Made by a program: the position numbers and the translations under genes. This document shows, piece by piece, positions 41,031 through 49,510 of a stretch of DNA of 64,000 bases (the stretch's first letter is position 1; each line of letters starts with the position of its first letter). The notes below the pieces were generated by a model that searched no databases, was not told the origin of the DNA, and was given only the letters and a program-made list of their open reading frames with translations. Source of the DNA: Gemmatimonadales bacterium (GTDB taxonomy: Bacteria; Gemmatimonadota; Gemmatimonadetes; Gemmatimonadales; GWC2-71-9); NCBI GenBank assembly GCA_965249575.1, contig OZ252244.1:1952001-2016000 (forward strand), given 5' to 3'.

Positions 41031-42347
41031 ATGAAGTCCGTACTAGCGCTGCTCTACATCGGATTGGGCGCTGTCGGTGCGCAGGCTCAGACGCCCATCG
41101 TCATTAGAAACGCCGTCATCATTGACGGCAGTGGCGGGTCGCCGATCGAGAATGGCTCTGTAGTCATCCGCGGCCGGACGATCGAGGCCGTCGGGGCGGC
41201 CGCGAACGTTGTGCCACCCCCTGGCGCCCGGGTCATCGACGCGAAGGGAAGCGCGGTCATGCCCGGCTTGGCGGACATGCACGTGCACTTGACCGGCGGG
41301 TGGGACGGGATCTCTGTGGACTTGCTCAGTTATCGGAGATACCTCAACGCGCTGCTGTTCGCTGGCGTGACGACTGTACTCGACGTCGGCAACGTGCAGC
41401 CCTACGTGCTTCAACTGCGGCAGGAGGTAGCAGCGGGCCGGCTCGCCGGGCCGCGAATCTACGCGGCGGGCGCACTGCTCGACGGAGCCGATCCGGCATG
41501 GCCCCCGATCTCTTACACGGTCTCGTCGGTGGAACAGGTCCCGGCGCTCGTGCGGCGGCAGAAACGAGACGGTGTCGACATCCTCAAGGCCTATCACGGG
41601 CTGTCGCTCCAGATGATCGGTGCTCTCGCGCGAGAGGCAAACAAGCACTCACTAGCCGTGATCATGGACAACAGGTCGGTATCGTGGGATCGTGTCGTCG
41701 ATTCCGGCATCCGGGCGTTCGCTCACCTGCCGGCCGGCATCTCGAACGAGGCCGTGGCGTCGATGAAGGAAAACGGTGTTCACGTCATAACGACGCTCGC
41801 CGTCAGGGAGCGGCGGCGTCGGTTGGCGGATCTCACGTTCGTTGAGCATCCTGTCATTCGCGATGCGTGGCCCACGTTTTTCCTGGACGACCTCCGGGCC
41901 CGAGCCGCGCAGTCCGATGCACCGGACGCTGAGACGCTCGCCCGGATCGATCTCACAATGCTCGAGACCAAGCGGCTGTTCGATGCGGGAATAATGCTGG
42001 TGGGCGGAACCGACGCCCCCTATCCCGGAGTCTTTCAGGGAGAGAGCATCCACCACGAGATGGAACTGTTCGTGGAGGCGGGGCTCACACCGCTGCAGGC
42101 TATCTCAGCGGTCACCAAGAACGCCGCGATCCTGATGGGCGCGGGAGACGAGTGGGGGACGCTCGCTCCGGGGCGCGCGGCGGACATGATCGTGGTCGCG
42201 GGACGCCCCGATCGAAACGTCGGTGATTCACGAAACATCGAGATGGTCATTCAGCAGGGGAAGGTCCTGGATCGGAGTGACCTCGCGTACGATCCCGAGC
42301 GGGATACTGGATTCTTAGTCGGCGCGTCGGCCTCGTCGACGCAGTAG
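41031..42347 (+). CDS. exported metal-dependent amidohydrolase
   Basis: signal peptide; MPGLADMHVH, GVTT, GGTDA, GTLAPGRAADMIVV. Confidence 0.9.
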   Translation: MKSVLALLYIGLGAVGAQAQTPIVIRNAVIIDGSGGSPIENGSVVIRGRTIEAVGAAANVVPPPGARVIDAKGSAVMPGLADMHVHLTGGWDGISVDLLSYRRYLNALLFAGVTTVLDVGNVQPYVLQLRQEVAAGRLAGPRIYAAGALLDGADPAWPPISYTVSSVEQVPALVRRQKRDGVDILKAYHGLSLQMIGALAREANKHSLAVIMDNRSVSWDRVVDSGIRAFAHLPAGISNEAVASMKENGVHVITTLAVRERRRRLADLTFVEHPVIRDAWPTFFLDDLRARAAQSDAPDAETLARIDLTMLETKRLFDAGIMLVGGTDAPYPGVFQGESIHHEMELFVEAGLTPLQAISAVTKNAAILMGAGDEWGTLAPGRAADMIVVAGRPDRNVGDSRNIEMVIQQGKVLDRSDLAYDPERDTGFLVGASASSTQ

Positions 42348-42433
42348 CGTCGGTTTCAGAGGTCGCCGCATGCCCGAGGGCCAGCATGTCGATTGACCTA
42401 CGCCAAGGTCTGCGCTGAATCGTTGGAGGGTCG

Positions 42434-43303
42434 CTAGCCCACGATCGCCAGGCGTGTCCCAAGAATCTTCTCGGGATCGACCCATGCGATGCGGCGACCG
42501 AACCACGAAGTGGCGGGACCGAGTGGAAGCCGGATTGCCGTGGCCTGGAAATCGCGTGTCTTCAAGAGGACGGCGCAAGGGCCTTCTCCCAGGCGGTTGA
42601 GGCGGTCACTCAACCAGTCGCTTGGTGAGTCGGGAATCGCGAGCGCGACAGGAGTGTCCGGAAATCGGCTCACGGTGGCGCCGAGAGGTGCGTGGCGCTC
42701 GCTCATCAAGCCGTTCCAGCCGAAGAGCGCTTGGAAACGGGAAGCAACGGGCCCAAGAGCGTGGACGGCGATGACCACGCTGTCGACTCCCTCGAGTTCG
42801 CTTCCCGTCACGCTCGCCGATGGCTGGACTCGGTGACTCCGAGGCGTCCGGTCGTGGATCACGAAGGGCAGCGTCTGTCCGGGCTGGCCGTCGCCTAGAA
42901 ACGCCATGTCCCATTCGACGAGCGTGCCGTCAGGCCGCTGCCGGTGGTAGTATGTGGGTCCCTCGACTGGGATGGAGACCGCATTGGCGCGTGCGACTTC
43001 GGCGGCCACGTCGGCGACCTCCGTCGCCCACCCTGCGGGCCCCGCGTCCTGTTCGATGTAACGCGACCAGAGTGGCGCGGGAATGCCGGGTCGCACGGTC
43101 GAGATTAGCTCGAGGTAGGAGCCGTCGTCAAACGCGAGAAGCGACATGTGCGTCGCTTCATTGGAGTGCACGCCACCGTACTCAGGCTCAAGCCCGATTC
43201 CGGCGAATGCTCGCTGCATCTCTGAGAGATCTCGCCCCGCGATTGCCACGTGGTCGATTCTCAGTTCGTCCCCCACTGTCTGCCTGACGGACGCGGATGC
43301 CAT
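42434..43303 (-). CDS. VOC/glyoxalase-like domain protein
   Basis: IDHVAIA, YGGVH, THM, SYLELI, RPDG, LPFVI. Confidence 0.8.
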   Translation of the reverse strand: MASASVRQTVGDELRIDHVAIAGRDLSEMQRAFAGIGLEPEYGGVHSNEATHMSLLAFDDGSYLELISTVRPGIPAPLWSRYIEQDAGPAGWATEVADVAAEVARANAVSIPVEGPTYYHRQRPDGTLVEWDMAFLGDGQPGQTLPFVIHDRTPRSHRVQPSASVTGSELEGVDSVVIAVHALGPVASRFQALFGWNGLMSERHAPLGATVSRFPDTPVALAIPDSPSDWLSDRLNRLGEGPCAVLLKTRDFQATAIRLPLGPATSWFGRRIAWVDPEKILGTRLAIVG

Positions 43304-43372
43304 CGATCGCGCGGCGAGTCATGTGAGGGGCGGCCGGCATGCCACCCCTCAACCGTCGCGTGCGACCCGACC

Positions 43373-43610
43373 TTAAAAAGAAAAGCTCGTATCGATGAAG
43401 AACAACCGCCCCGGCTCTGGTATCGGCAGCCTAGAGAAGGGGTTTTTGGCGTTCAGGTGGTTTGAATAGTTCTTATCTCCGATGTTCAACACACCGCCTC
43501 GGATCTCGAGGCCGCGTACCGGCCTCAAGCCCCCACGGAAGTCGAAGGTCGCATACGAGTCGGTTTGGATTTCACCGCGCCTCGCCGCGACCTGGTTCTG
43601 TCTGGCGACG
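43373..43610 (-). pseudogene. C-terminal remnant of a TonB-dependent receptor
   Basis: YATFDFRGG...GGVLNIGDKNYSNHLN...EPGRLFFIDTSFSF (terminal Phe); no upstream barrel. Confidence 0.75.
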
Positions 43611-43778
43611 GGGTGGGCATATTCACTCGACGTAGTACCGTACCGCCTCCTCTTCGTATCGCAAATGCAAGTCCGCCGGCCGGGCTCTAAAACCGACCTG
43701 AATCTGGCCTGAAGGGCCGGCTCTAGCGATCTCCGCCGGCCAGCGGTTTGGCTGTTCCGGGGTGCCGCGGCCAATCAC

Positions 43779-43806
43779 TCAAGTCCCCCACTCGACTCGC
43801 CGATAC
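43779..43806 (+). promoter_or_regulatory. sigma28 (FliA)-type promoter
   Basis: TCAA-N16-GCCGATAC upstream of the REC-HD-GYP gene. Confidence 0.7.
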
Positions 43807-44036
43807 CGTTAAGAGTCGTCCGGTCGTGTGGCCCGGGCTATCTTCGCCTTTTGTTCGGGTCGCGGCTCCGGGCACGCGGATCATATCCCGCCCGGTCCAC
43901 TCCTTCTTCTGGTCCGAGGCGTGGTGATGGCTATTGTCCTAGTACCGTCGATCGAGCGTCCCTCCCACAACTTCATCGAGCGCGAGGTAGAACTCGCCGG
44001 CTTCGGCCGAAACGCTCGGGATGCGGAGGGGTCCTC

Positions 44037-45113
44037 ATGAGAGCGAGCGGCAGCGAGCGGCGAACGGTCTCGAAGGCTGAACGGGGCGTGCTTCACGCCT
44101 CTCCCTCGCGAGCATCGAGCGAGCCGGTCGTTCTGGTCGTAGATGACGATGACGCCGTTCGGTCGACGCTCCAGAAGCTCCTCAGAAGGGAAGGGTATCA
44201 GGTGCTCACGTCGTGCGACGGGAGCAGCGCCCTCCAGGCATTCCGGCGGCACCGGCCCGATCTGGTGCTGCTCGACGTAATCATCCCGGAGCTCGGCGGC
44301 TTCGAGGTTTGTCGGATCTTAAAGGAGAATCCAGAGACGTGTCTCACGCCCGTGGTTCTGCTAACGGGACTGGGTGACGTATCCGACAGGGTACTTGGAA
44401 TCGAGGCGGGCGCCGACGACTTTCTGTCGAAGCCTTTCGAGCCGGTCGAGCTCCTGGCCAGAGCGCGATCGTTGGTGCGGCTCAAGGGGTACACTGACGA
44501 GCTCGAACACGCCGAGTCTGTGCTGTTCGCGCTTGCACGAAGCATCGAGGCTCGCGATCCGTACACCGAGGGCCACTGCGAGCGTCTCTCGAGATATGGA
44601 AGCGACCTTGGGAAGCGCCTGGGGATGCCGCTCGAAGACCTAACGGCGCTCCGCCGCGCTGGAGTCCTCCACGACATCGGAAAAGTCACCGTGCCCGATG
44701 CCATTCTTCTAAAGGACGGTCCGCTGAACCCCGAAGAACAGGGAGTCATGCGCGAACACCCGGTTACCGGAGAGAGAATCTGCGCTTCATTGAGATCCTT
44801 CAGTCCTGTGCTACCGATCATTCGCTATCACCACGAAAAACTCGATGGCTCAGGGTATCCGGACGAGCTGAGGGGCGACCAGATACCGCTCACCGCCCGG
44901 CTACTCCAGATCGTCGACGTGTATGACGCATTGACGACGTCCCGGCCGTATCGGCGGGCGCTTCCGCCAAGTGAAGCGTTCGACATCATGGACTCCGAGG
45001 TGAGGCGTGGGTGGTGGGATCCCGAGGTGTTCGCGGAGTTCAGCTCCATGGTGCGGCAACAGTCTGCCGATGATGCAAGTTGCGCAGTATGCGCGGGGCT
45101 CGAGGACGGGTGA
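44037..45113 (+). CDS. response regulator with HD-GYP c-di-GMP phosphodiesterase domain (RpfG-like)
   Basis: VVDDD, LLDV, KPF; LHDIGK, HHEKLDGSGYP, RPY. Confidence 0.92.
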   Translation: MRASGSERRTVSKAERGVLHASPSRASSEPVVLVVDDDDAVRSTLQKLLRREGYQVLTSCDGSSALQAFRRHRPDLVLLDVIIPELGGFEVCRILKENPETCLTPVVLLTGLGDVSDRVLGIEAGADDFLSKPFEPVELLARARSLVRLKGYTDELEHAESVLFALARSIEARDPYTEGHCERLSRYGSDLGKRLGMPLEDLTALRRAGVLHDIGKVTVPDAILLKDGPLNPEEQGVMREHPVTGERICASLRSFSPVLPIIRYHHEKLDGSGYPDELRGDQIPLTARLLQIVDVYDALTTSRPYRRALPPSEAFDIMDSEVRRGWWDPEVFAEFSSMVRQQSADDASCAVCAGLEDG

Positions 45114-45152
45114 TCTGGTGAGCGCCGGACGCCTCGACAGTGGCCATGCACC

Positions 45153-45180
45153 TCAAGTTGGCGGCGGCTCCTGCCGATAC
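45153..45180 (+). promoter_or_regulatory. sigma28 (FliA)-type promoter
   Basis: TCAA-N16-GCCGATAC upstream of the REC gene at 45239. Confidence 0.7.
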
Positions 45181-45238
45181 TCTCCGTGTGGAGGTCTGAA
45201 CTCTCGGATCGCCCCGACGCGTGTTAGTTGAGGAGCCC

Positions 45239-45472
45239 ATGAGAATCATGATAGCGGACGATGACGCCACCACCCGGGCTAGCTTGCGGATCATGCTCGG
45301 GGATCTTGGCCATGAAGTGCTTCAGGCGTCCGATGGAGCCGAAGCCTGGCAGTTCCTCCAACGCGACTGGGTGCCCGTCGTGATTACCGACTGGTTAATG
45401 CCCGAGCCGGATGGTCTTGAGCTATGCCGTATGATCAGGGAGGAAAACCGGCCGCGCTACACGTATGTAATC
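45239..45472 (+). pseudogene. truncated receiver-domain protein
   Basis: MRIMIADDD...ITDWLMPEPDGLELCR...YTYVI, then similarity is lost before the conserved T and KP. Confidence 0.75.
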
Positions 45473-45548
45473 CCACGGCGTTTGCCCCGCGTGTTACCAG
45501 AGCAAGATAGCTCCACAGCTCGCGCGTTGCGTGCATCAGTAGCGCACT

Positions 45549-45575
45549 CATAGTCCTTCCAGCGGCTGCCGATAA
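45549..45575 (+). promoter_or_regulatory. sigma28 (FliA)-type promoter for motAB
   Basis: CATA-N15-GCCGATAA, with the -10 element 47 nt upstream of motA. Confidence 0.7.
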
Positions 45576-45622
45576 TCCCAGAGCGCATTGTCGCCTGCCG
45601 TCGCGCTTCTGGAGGATCGAGT

Positions 45623-46489
45623 TTGGTTGCAATCATCGGGATTCTGGTCGTCATTGGGTCCGTCCTGGGTGGCTTCATGATGGCCAACGGACCGATCCAC
45701 GCCCTCGTGGTGCCCAGCGAATACGTGATCATTGGTGGCACGTCAGTGGGGACCATGCTCATTTCGACGCCCCGAACAGTCCTCGCCTCGATCGCTGGAA
45801 AGCTGAAGGGAGTGTTGGCCGCTAACCCCTTCAACCAGGGGTACTATCTCACGGCACTCAATCTGCAATACGAGCTGTTCCAGCTGGCCCGCAAGGACGG
45901 GCTCGTGGCGCTCGAGGCCCACATTGAGCGGCCGGAGGAGAGCAAGGTCTTCCAGAAGTACCCCGAGGTCTTGGCCCGGCATCACGCAGTCTCGTTCCTC
46001 TGCGATTCCCTCCGCCTGGTACTGGTCGGGAGCGTTCCACCTCACGATCTCGAGCAACTCATGGAGTCAGAGATCGAGGTGCACCACGAGGAAGAGGAAA
46101 AGTCCGTCACGGCCCTGACGAAGGTCGCTGACGCGCTGCCCGCCATCGGGATCGTGGCGGCGGTTCTTGGCATCGTGGTAACCATGCAATCCATCGCCGG
46201 TCCCATCGAGGAGATCGGCCACCACGTCGCCGCGGCGTTAGTCGGTACGTTTTTGGGAGTGCTCCTGTCATACGGATTCGTTCACCCGATCGCCTCCAAC
46301 ATCGAAGCACTCAACCAGGCCGAGGGCCGCTTTCTGAGTGTCATCAAGGCCGGAGTCGTCGCCTTTGCCAAGGGATTGGCGCCGATCATCTGCGTGGAGT
46401 TCGCTCGCCGCGCCATCTTCGCCGGCGACCGCCCAACCTTCCAAGTGATGGAAGACTCCTGCAAGGGCCTGAAGGGCAAAGTAGCGTGA
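45623..46489 (+). CDS. motA: flagellar stator protein MotA
   Basis: ARKDGLVALE, LPAIGIVAAVLG, AALVGTFLGVLLSYGF. Confidence 0.95.
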   Translation: MVAIIGILVVIGSVLGGFMMANGPIHALVVPSEYVIIGGTSVGTMLISTPRTVLASIAGKLKGVLAANPFNQGYYLTALNLQYELFQLARKDGLVALEAHIERPEESKVFQKYPEVLARHHAVSFLCDSLRLVLVGSVPPHDLEQLMESEIEVHHEEEEKSVTALTKVADALPAIGIVAAVLGIVVTMQSIAGPIEEIGHHVAAALVGTFLGVLLSYGFVHPIASNIEALNQAEGRFLSVIKAGVVAFAKGLAPIICVEFARRAIFAGDRPTFQVMEDSCKGLKGKVA

Positions 46490-47337
46490 AAACCGACCGC
46501 GAACAGCCGATTGTCATCATTCGCAAGAAACGCAAGCACAGCGCCCACCACGGCGGTGCGTGGAAGGTGGCGTTCGCGGATTTCATGACGTCGATGATGG
46601 CTCTGTTCCTCGTGATGTGGCTGGTTACGCAGAGCTCGGACATCAAGTCGGCCGTCGCCGGATACTTTCAGGATCCTTTGGGACGGGCGTCGGAGTTCGG
46701 GAGCTCCATCATTCCTGGAGAGGGGGCCCAGGCCGCAAACGTGCGGCCGCTTTCCCAGCAACAGCTGCTCGACATGACCCGCGATCGCCTCAGGCAGATG
46801 GGCGAGCAGATCCGCAGAACGCTTGCTAGCGCCGAGGAGGGGTCGCACCTGAGCGACCAGATAGAGGTCTCAGTTACCGAAGAGGGACTTCGCATAGAGC
46901 TATTGGAAGACTCTGCGAGCACGTTCTTCCAGACCGGAGTCGCGACTCCCAGCGGCCATGGGGCTGGGCTTCTACACCTCTTGGGCACCGAGCTCAGTGC
47001 GCTCACCTACCCCGTGGTCGTCGAAGGCTACACGGATGCTACGCCCTTCTCACGAGCCGATGGCTACACCAACTGGGAGCTCAGCGTCGACCGGGCAAAC
47101 GCGGCGCGGCAACTTCTGCGTTTGGGAGGGTTGCTTCCTCACCAGATCGTACAGGTTCGTGGTTTCGCGGACAACGACTTGAAGGAGCCAGAGCATCCGT
47201 TTTCGCCACGCAATCGTCGGGTCACGATCACGATGCTGGCAGAGCCGGCGGAGCAGCTGCAGACTAGTGAAGCATCTAGCACGAATGATGGAACGGTGAG
47301 CGTCACGAACGGTCGAAGCTCCGGGGCGGCCCCGTAA
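46486..47337 (+). CDS. motB: flagellar stator protein MotB
   Basis: HHGGAWKVAFADFMTSMMALFLVMW, EGYTD, NWELS..RA, NRRV. Confidence 0.95.
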   Translation: MKTDREQPIVIIRKKRKHSAHHGGAWKVAFADFMTSMMALFLVMWLVTQSSDIKSAVAGYFQDPLGRASEFGSSIIPGEGAQAANVRPLSQQQLLDMTRDRLRQMGEQIRRTLASAEEGSHLSDQIEVSVTEEGLRIELLEDSASTFFQTGVATPSGHGAGLLHLLGTELSALTYPVVVEGYTDATPFSRADGYTNWELSVDRANAARQLLRLGGLLPHQIVQVRGFADNDLKEPEHPFSPRNRRVTITMLAEPAEQLQTSEASSTNDGTVSVTNGRSSGAAP

Positions 47338-47688
47338 ATGCCCACCTCACCGGCCAAGCTCCTCCTGGAGAGCGCACCCAGCTCGACCAAGCCCCTCGAC
47401 GTGGTGCAGAGTCTCGAGGAGCGCGCGAACACGCTCTACGATCCGCTCGTAGTAACGCAGCTCGAGGCGATCGTGAAGGAGAACCAGAGCCGCGATTGGC
47501 GGGAGACACGGCGCCGGGTGCCCGTGAGCGATATCAAAGAAGGTATGGTGCTGGCCGAAGACCTCATCACGAGCTCCGCAGTCAAACTGTTCTCCCGGGG
47601 CGGCGTGGTCACGTCTGGCATACGGGACATCATTTTGCGCCGACACGTCATCGACCCGATCATCCACGGAGTGTGGGTGCAACAGTAA
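47338..47688 (+). pseudogene. remnant resembling the C-terminal tail of an HD-domain/response-regulator protein
   Basis: LYDPLVV...IKEGMVLAEDL pattern; no HD or REC core. Confidence 0.5.
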
Positions 47689-47792
47689 TGCACGCCCGGT
47701 CCGCCACCCCCAGCGCACTAGAACGGCGCGGGGCGGAAACGATTACCGGGTTCCTTGCGGCGCTGTTCGGTGCACGTCTCTAAGACGTTATT

Positions 47793-47845
47793 TTACAATC
47801 ACTTAGGTTCTGTCCTCCCGGCCGAGTCCTGGTACGGGTAATGCA
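47793..47845 (+). promoter_or_regulatory. sigma54 promoter with upstream IHF-like site
   Basis: TGGTACG-GGTA-ATGCA (GG-N10-GC, 47830-47845); TTACAATCACTTA (47793-47805) in an AT-rich patch. Confidence 0.6.
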
Positions 47846-47935
47846 GGTGTATGCGCCACTTCCGGACGACGGGCTGTCCGCTATGGCAGCGAGTAGTGCC
47901 ACCCTCGGGAGTCGGCAGTGGAGGTTCGGGGACGC

Positions 47936-48301
47936 GTGAAGAGAGTACTCGTAGTCGACGACTCCCCCAGAATCCGACGGGCGCTGAGGGAGGTGCTGGA
48001 ATCGCTCGGCTACGGAGTCGATGAAGCCTCCGATGGTCAGCAGGCGCTTACTCACTGTATGGAATGGAGCGCCGACGCCATCCTTTTGGACATAGACCTC
48101 CCGGTGATGGATGGCCTTTCCTTCCTTCGGACGCTCCGAGCGTCCCGCGGCCCCCGCCAACCTCCTGTCATCGTGTGCAAGGGGGAGAACACGATGGCGC
48201 GTGTCGAGGAGGCGCTCACCGTAGGGGCCGACGGTTTCATCGCCCATCCGCTCGACGCCAAAGCCCTATCGGCAACCCTCGGCAGGGTGGGCCTTGCTTA
48301 A
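47936..48301 (+). CDS. single-domain (CheY-like) response regulator
   Basis: VLVVDDS, LLDIDLPVMDG; HP instead of the conserved KP. Confidence 0.85.
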   Translation: MKRVLVVDDSPRIRRALREVLESLGYGVDEASDGQQALTHCMEWSADAILLDIDLPVMDGLSFLRTLRASRGPRQPPVIVCKGENTMARVEEALTVGADGFIAHPLDAKALSATLGRVGLA

Positions 48302-48441
48302 AGCACAAGCGAGTGACTTGGCGACCAAGACCGCGCAACGCCGATTGTTTGCGTTTTGGGCCCGTAGCCTTTAGAATCTGGCCCCGCAACTTACCGAACT
48401 GGGGTGGGTTGCTCCGGACGCCCTAATCCTGGGGAGTTGGC

Positions 48442-49242
48442 GTGGTGGAATCCATGCGCTCGGCCGTTACCGCATCTCCAGCACCACGCTGGCGCGCCGG
48501 GGAACGCCGGTTTGATCTTTCCGACCGGCGCCATCGCCGACTCGTGCTCCAGGCGGCCCGAGAGCAGACCGTGGCCTCGGTGTCGCGCGGGCTCGCGCAC
48601 CAGCTCAGGAACCCCTTGCAGGCCATCGTCCTGGCTTCGCGCGCGATCGTCAAAGGCGGAAACGGCGACACCGCTCCCAAGATGGCCGACGTGGTGGAGC
48701 GCGAAACGGAGCGGCTGAGCCGTCTCCTGCATCAGTTCAACCAGCTACTCGCGCCGCCGCCGGTTTCCCACGGGCCGATTCACATGTCTCAGGTTTTCGA
48801 TGAGGCCCACGCTCTCGCGATGCACTGCAGCTTTGGGGGCGGGACGGCGGTGGAATACGACGTGGCCCCCGACCTTGTGCCGGTCAGCGCCAACCCAATC
48901 GATCTTCGTCTCGCACTGCTCGGCGTTGTCGTGAATGCAAAGGAGGCGTTGGGGGGGGGGGAAGGAACGGTTCGCTTGAGCGCCTCGCCGGGCGAGGGCG
49001 GCGCGCTGATCGCGGTGGAGGATGACGGGCCGGGCATCCCTACCGAAGACCTCGAGCGAGTGTTCGAGCCCTTCTTTACGACCAAGGAAACCGCGGGCGT
49101 TCTCGGTCTCGGTCTTACGGCTGCGCGATTGATGGTGGAAGACACGGGAGGCCGCGTTTGGGCGGAGCAGGTGGGGGGCGGGGGTGGTGGCGCCCGTGTC
49201 GCCATGTCGATACCCTGGTACCGGTCCCGCCCCATCGCTTAG
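48442..49242 (+). CDS. cytoplasmic histidine kinase (HisKA + HATPase), no sensor domain
   Basis: AHQLRNPL, NAKEA, DDGPGI, FEPFFTTK, GLGL. Confidence 0.85.
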   Translation: MVESMRSAVTASPAPRWRAGERRFDLSDRRHRRLVLQAAREQTVASVSRGLAHQLRNPLQAIVLASRAIVKGGNGDTAPKMADVVERETERLSRLLHQFNQLLAPPPVSHGPIHMSQVFDEAHALAMHCSFGGGTAVEYDVAPDLVPVSANPIDLRLALLGVVVNAKEALGGGEGTVRLSASPGEGGALIAVEDDGPGIPTEDLERVFEPFFTTKETAGVLGLGLTAARLMVEDTGGRVWAEQVGGGGGGARVAMSIPWYRSRPIA

Positions 49243-49275
49243 CCCTCGCGGGCCGGGTGGTTGGTTTTCGAAGCG

Positions 49276-49509
49276 TCAGCCCGACGCGCCCTTCACCGGT
49301 AGATAGTCCTTATCTCGCGCCGTCTGCGCCGCCGGAGGCGGAGTGGAACATTGCTGCGGGGCTGGTTCGAGCTCTTCCCGCTGAATCCGCGTGCTTGCGG
49401 GCGCCTCGATTCCGAGCCTCACCCCGCGCCTGTCGGCGTGAAGCACCACGATCCGTATCCCACCGTCAATGCTGATGGCCTGTCCGCGCCGGCGACTCAA
49501 AACGAGCAT
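49276..49509 (-). CDS. csrA: carbon storage regulator CsrA
   Basis: MLVLSRR.GQAISI...VRLGIEAP...IQREEL. Confidence 0.92.
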   Translation of the reverse strand: MLVLSRRRGQAISIDGGIRIVVLHADRRGVRLGIEAPASTRIQREELEPAPQQCSTPPPAAQTARDKDYLPVKGASG

Positions 49510-49510
49510 C

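Noticed and set aside
43927..44040. 37-codon ORF coupled to the HD-GYP gene, possibly a collapsed receiver gene
   Set aside because: Too short and no diagnostic motif, so it cannot be supported.
48325..48347. sigma28-like GCCGATTG before the histidine kinase
   Set aside because: There is no -35 element at the proper spacing.
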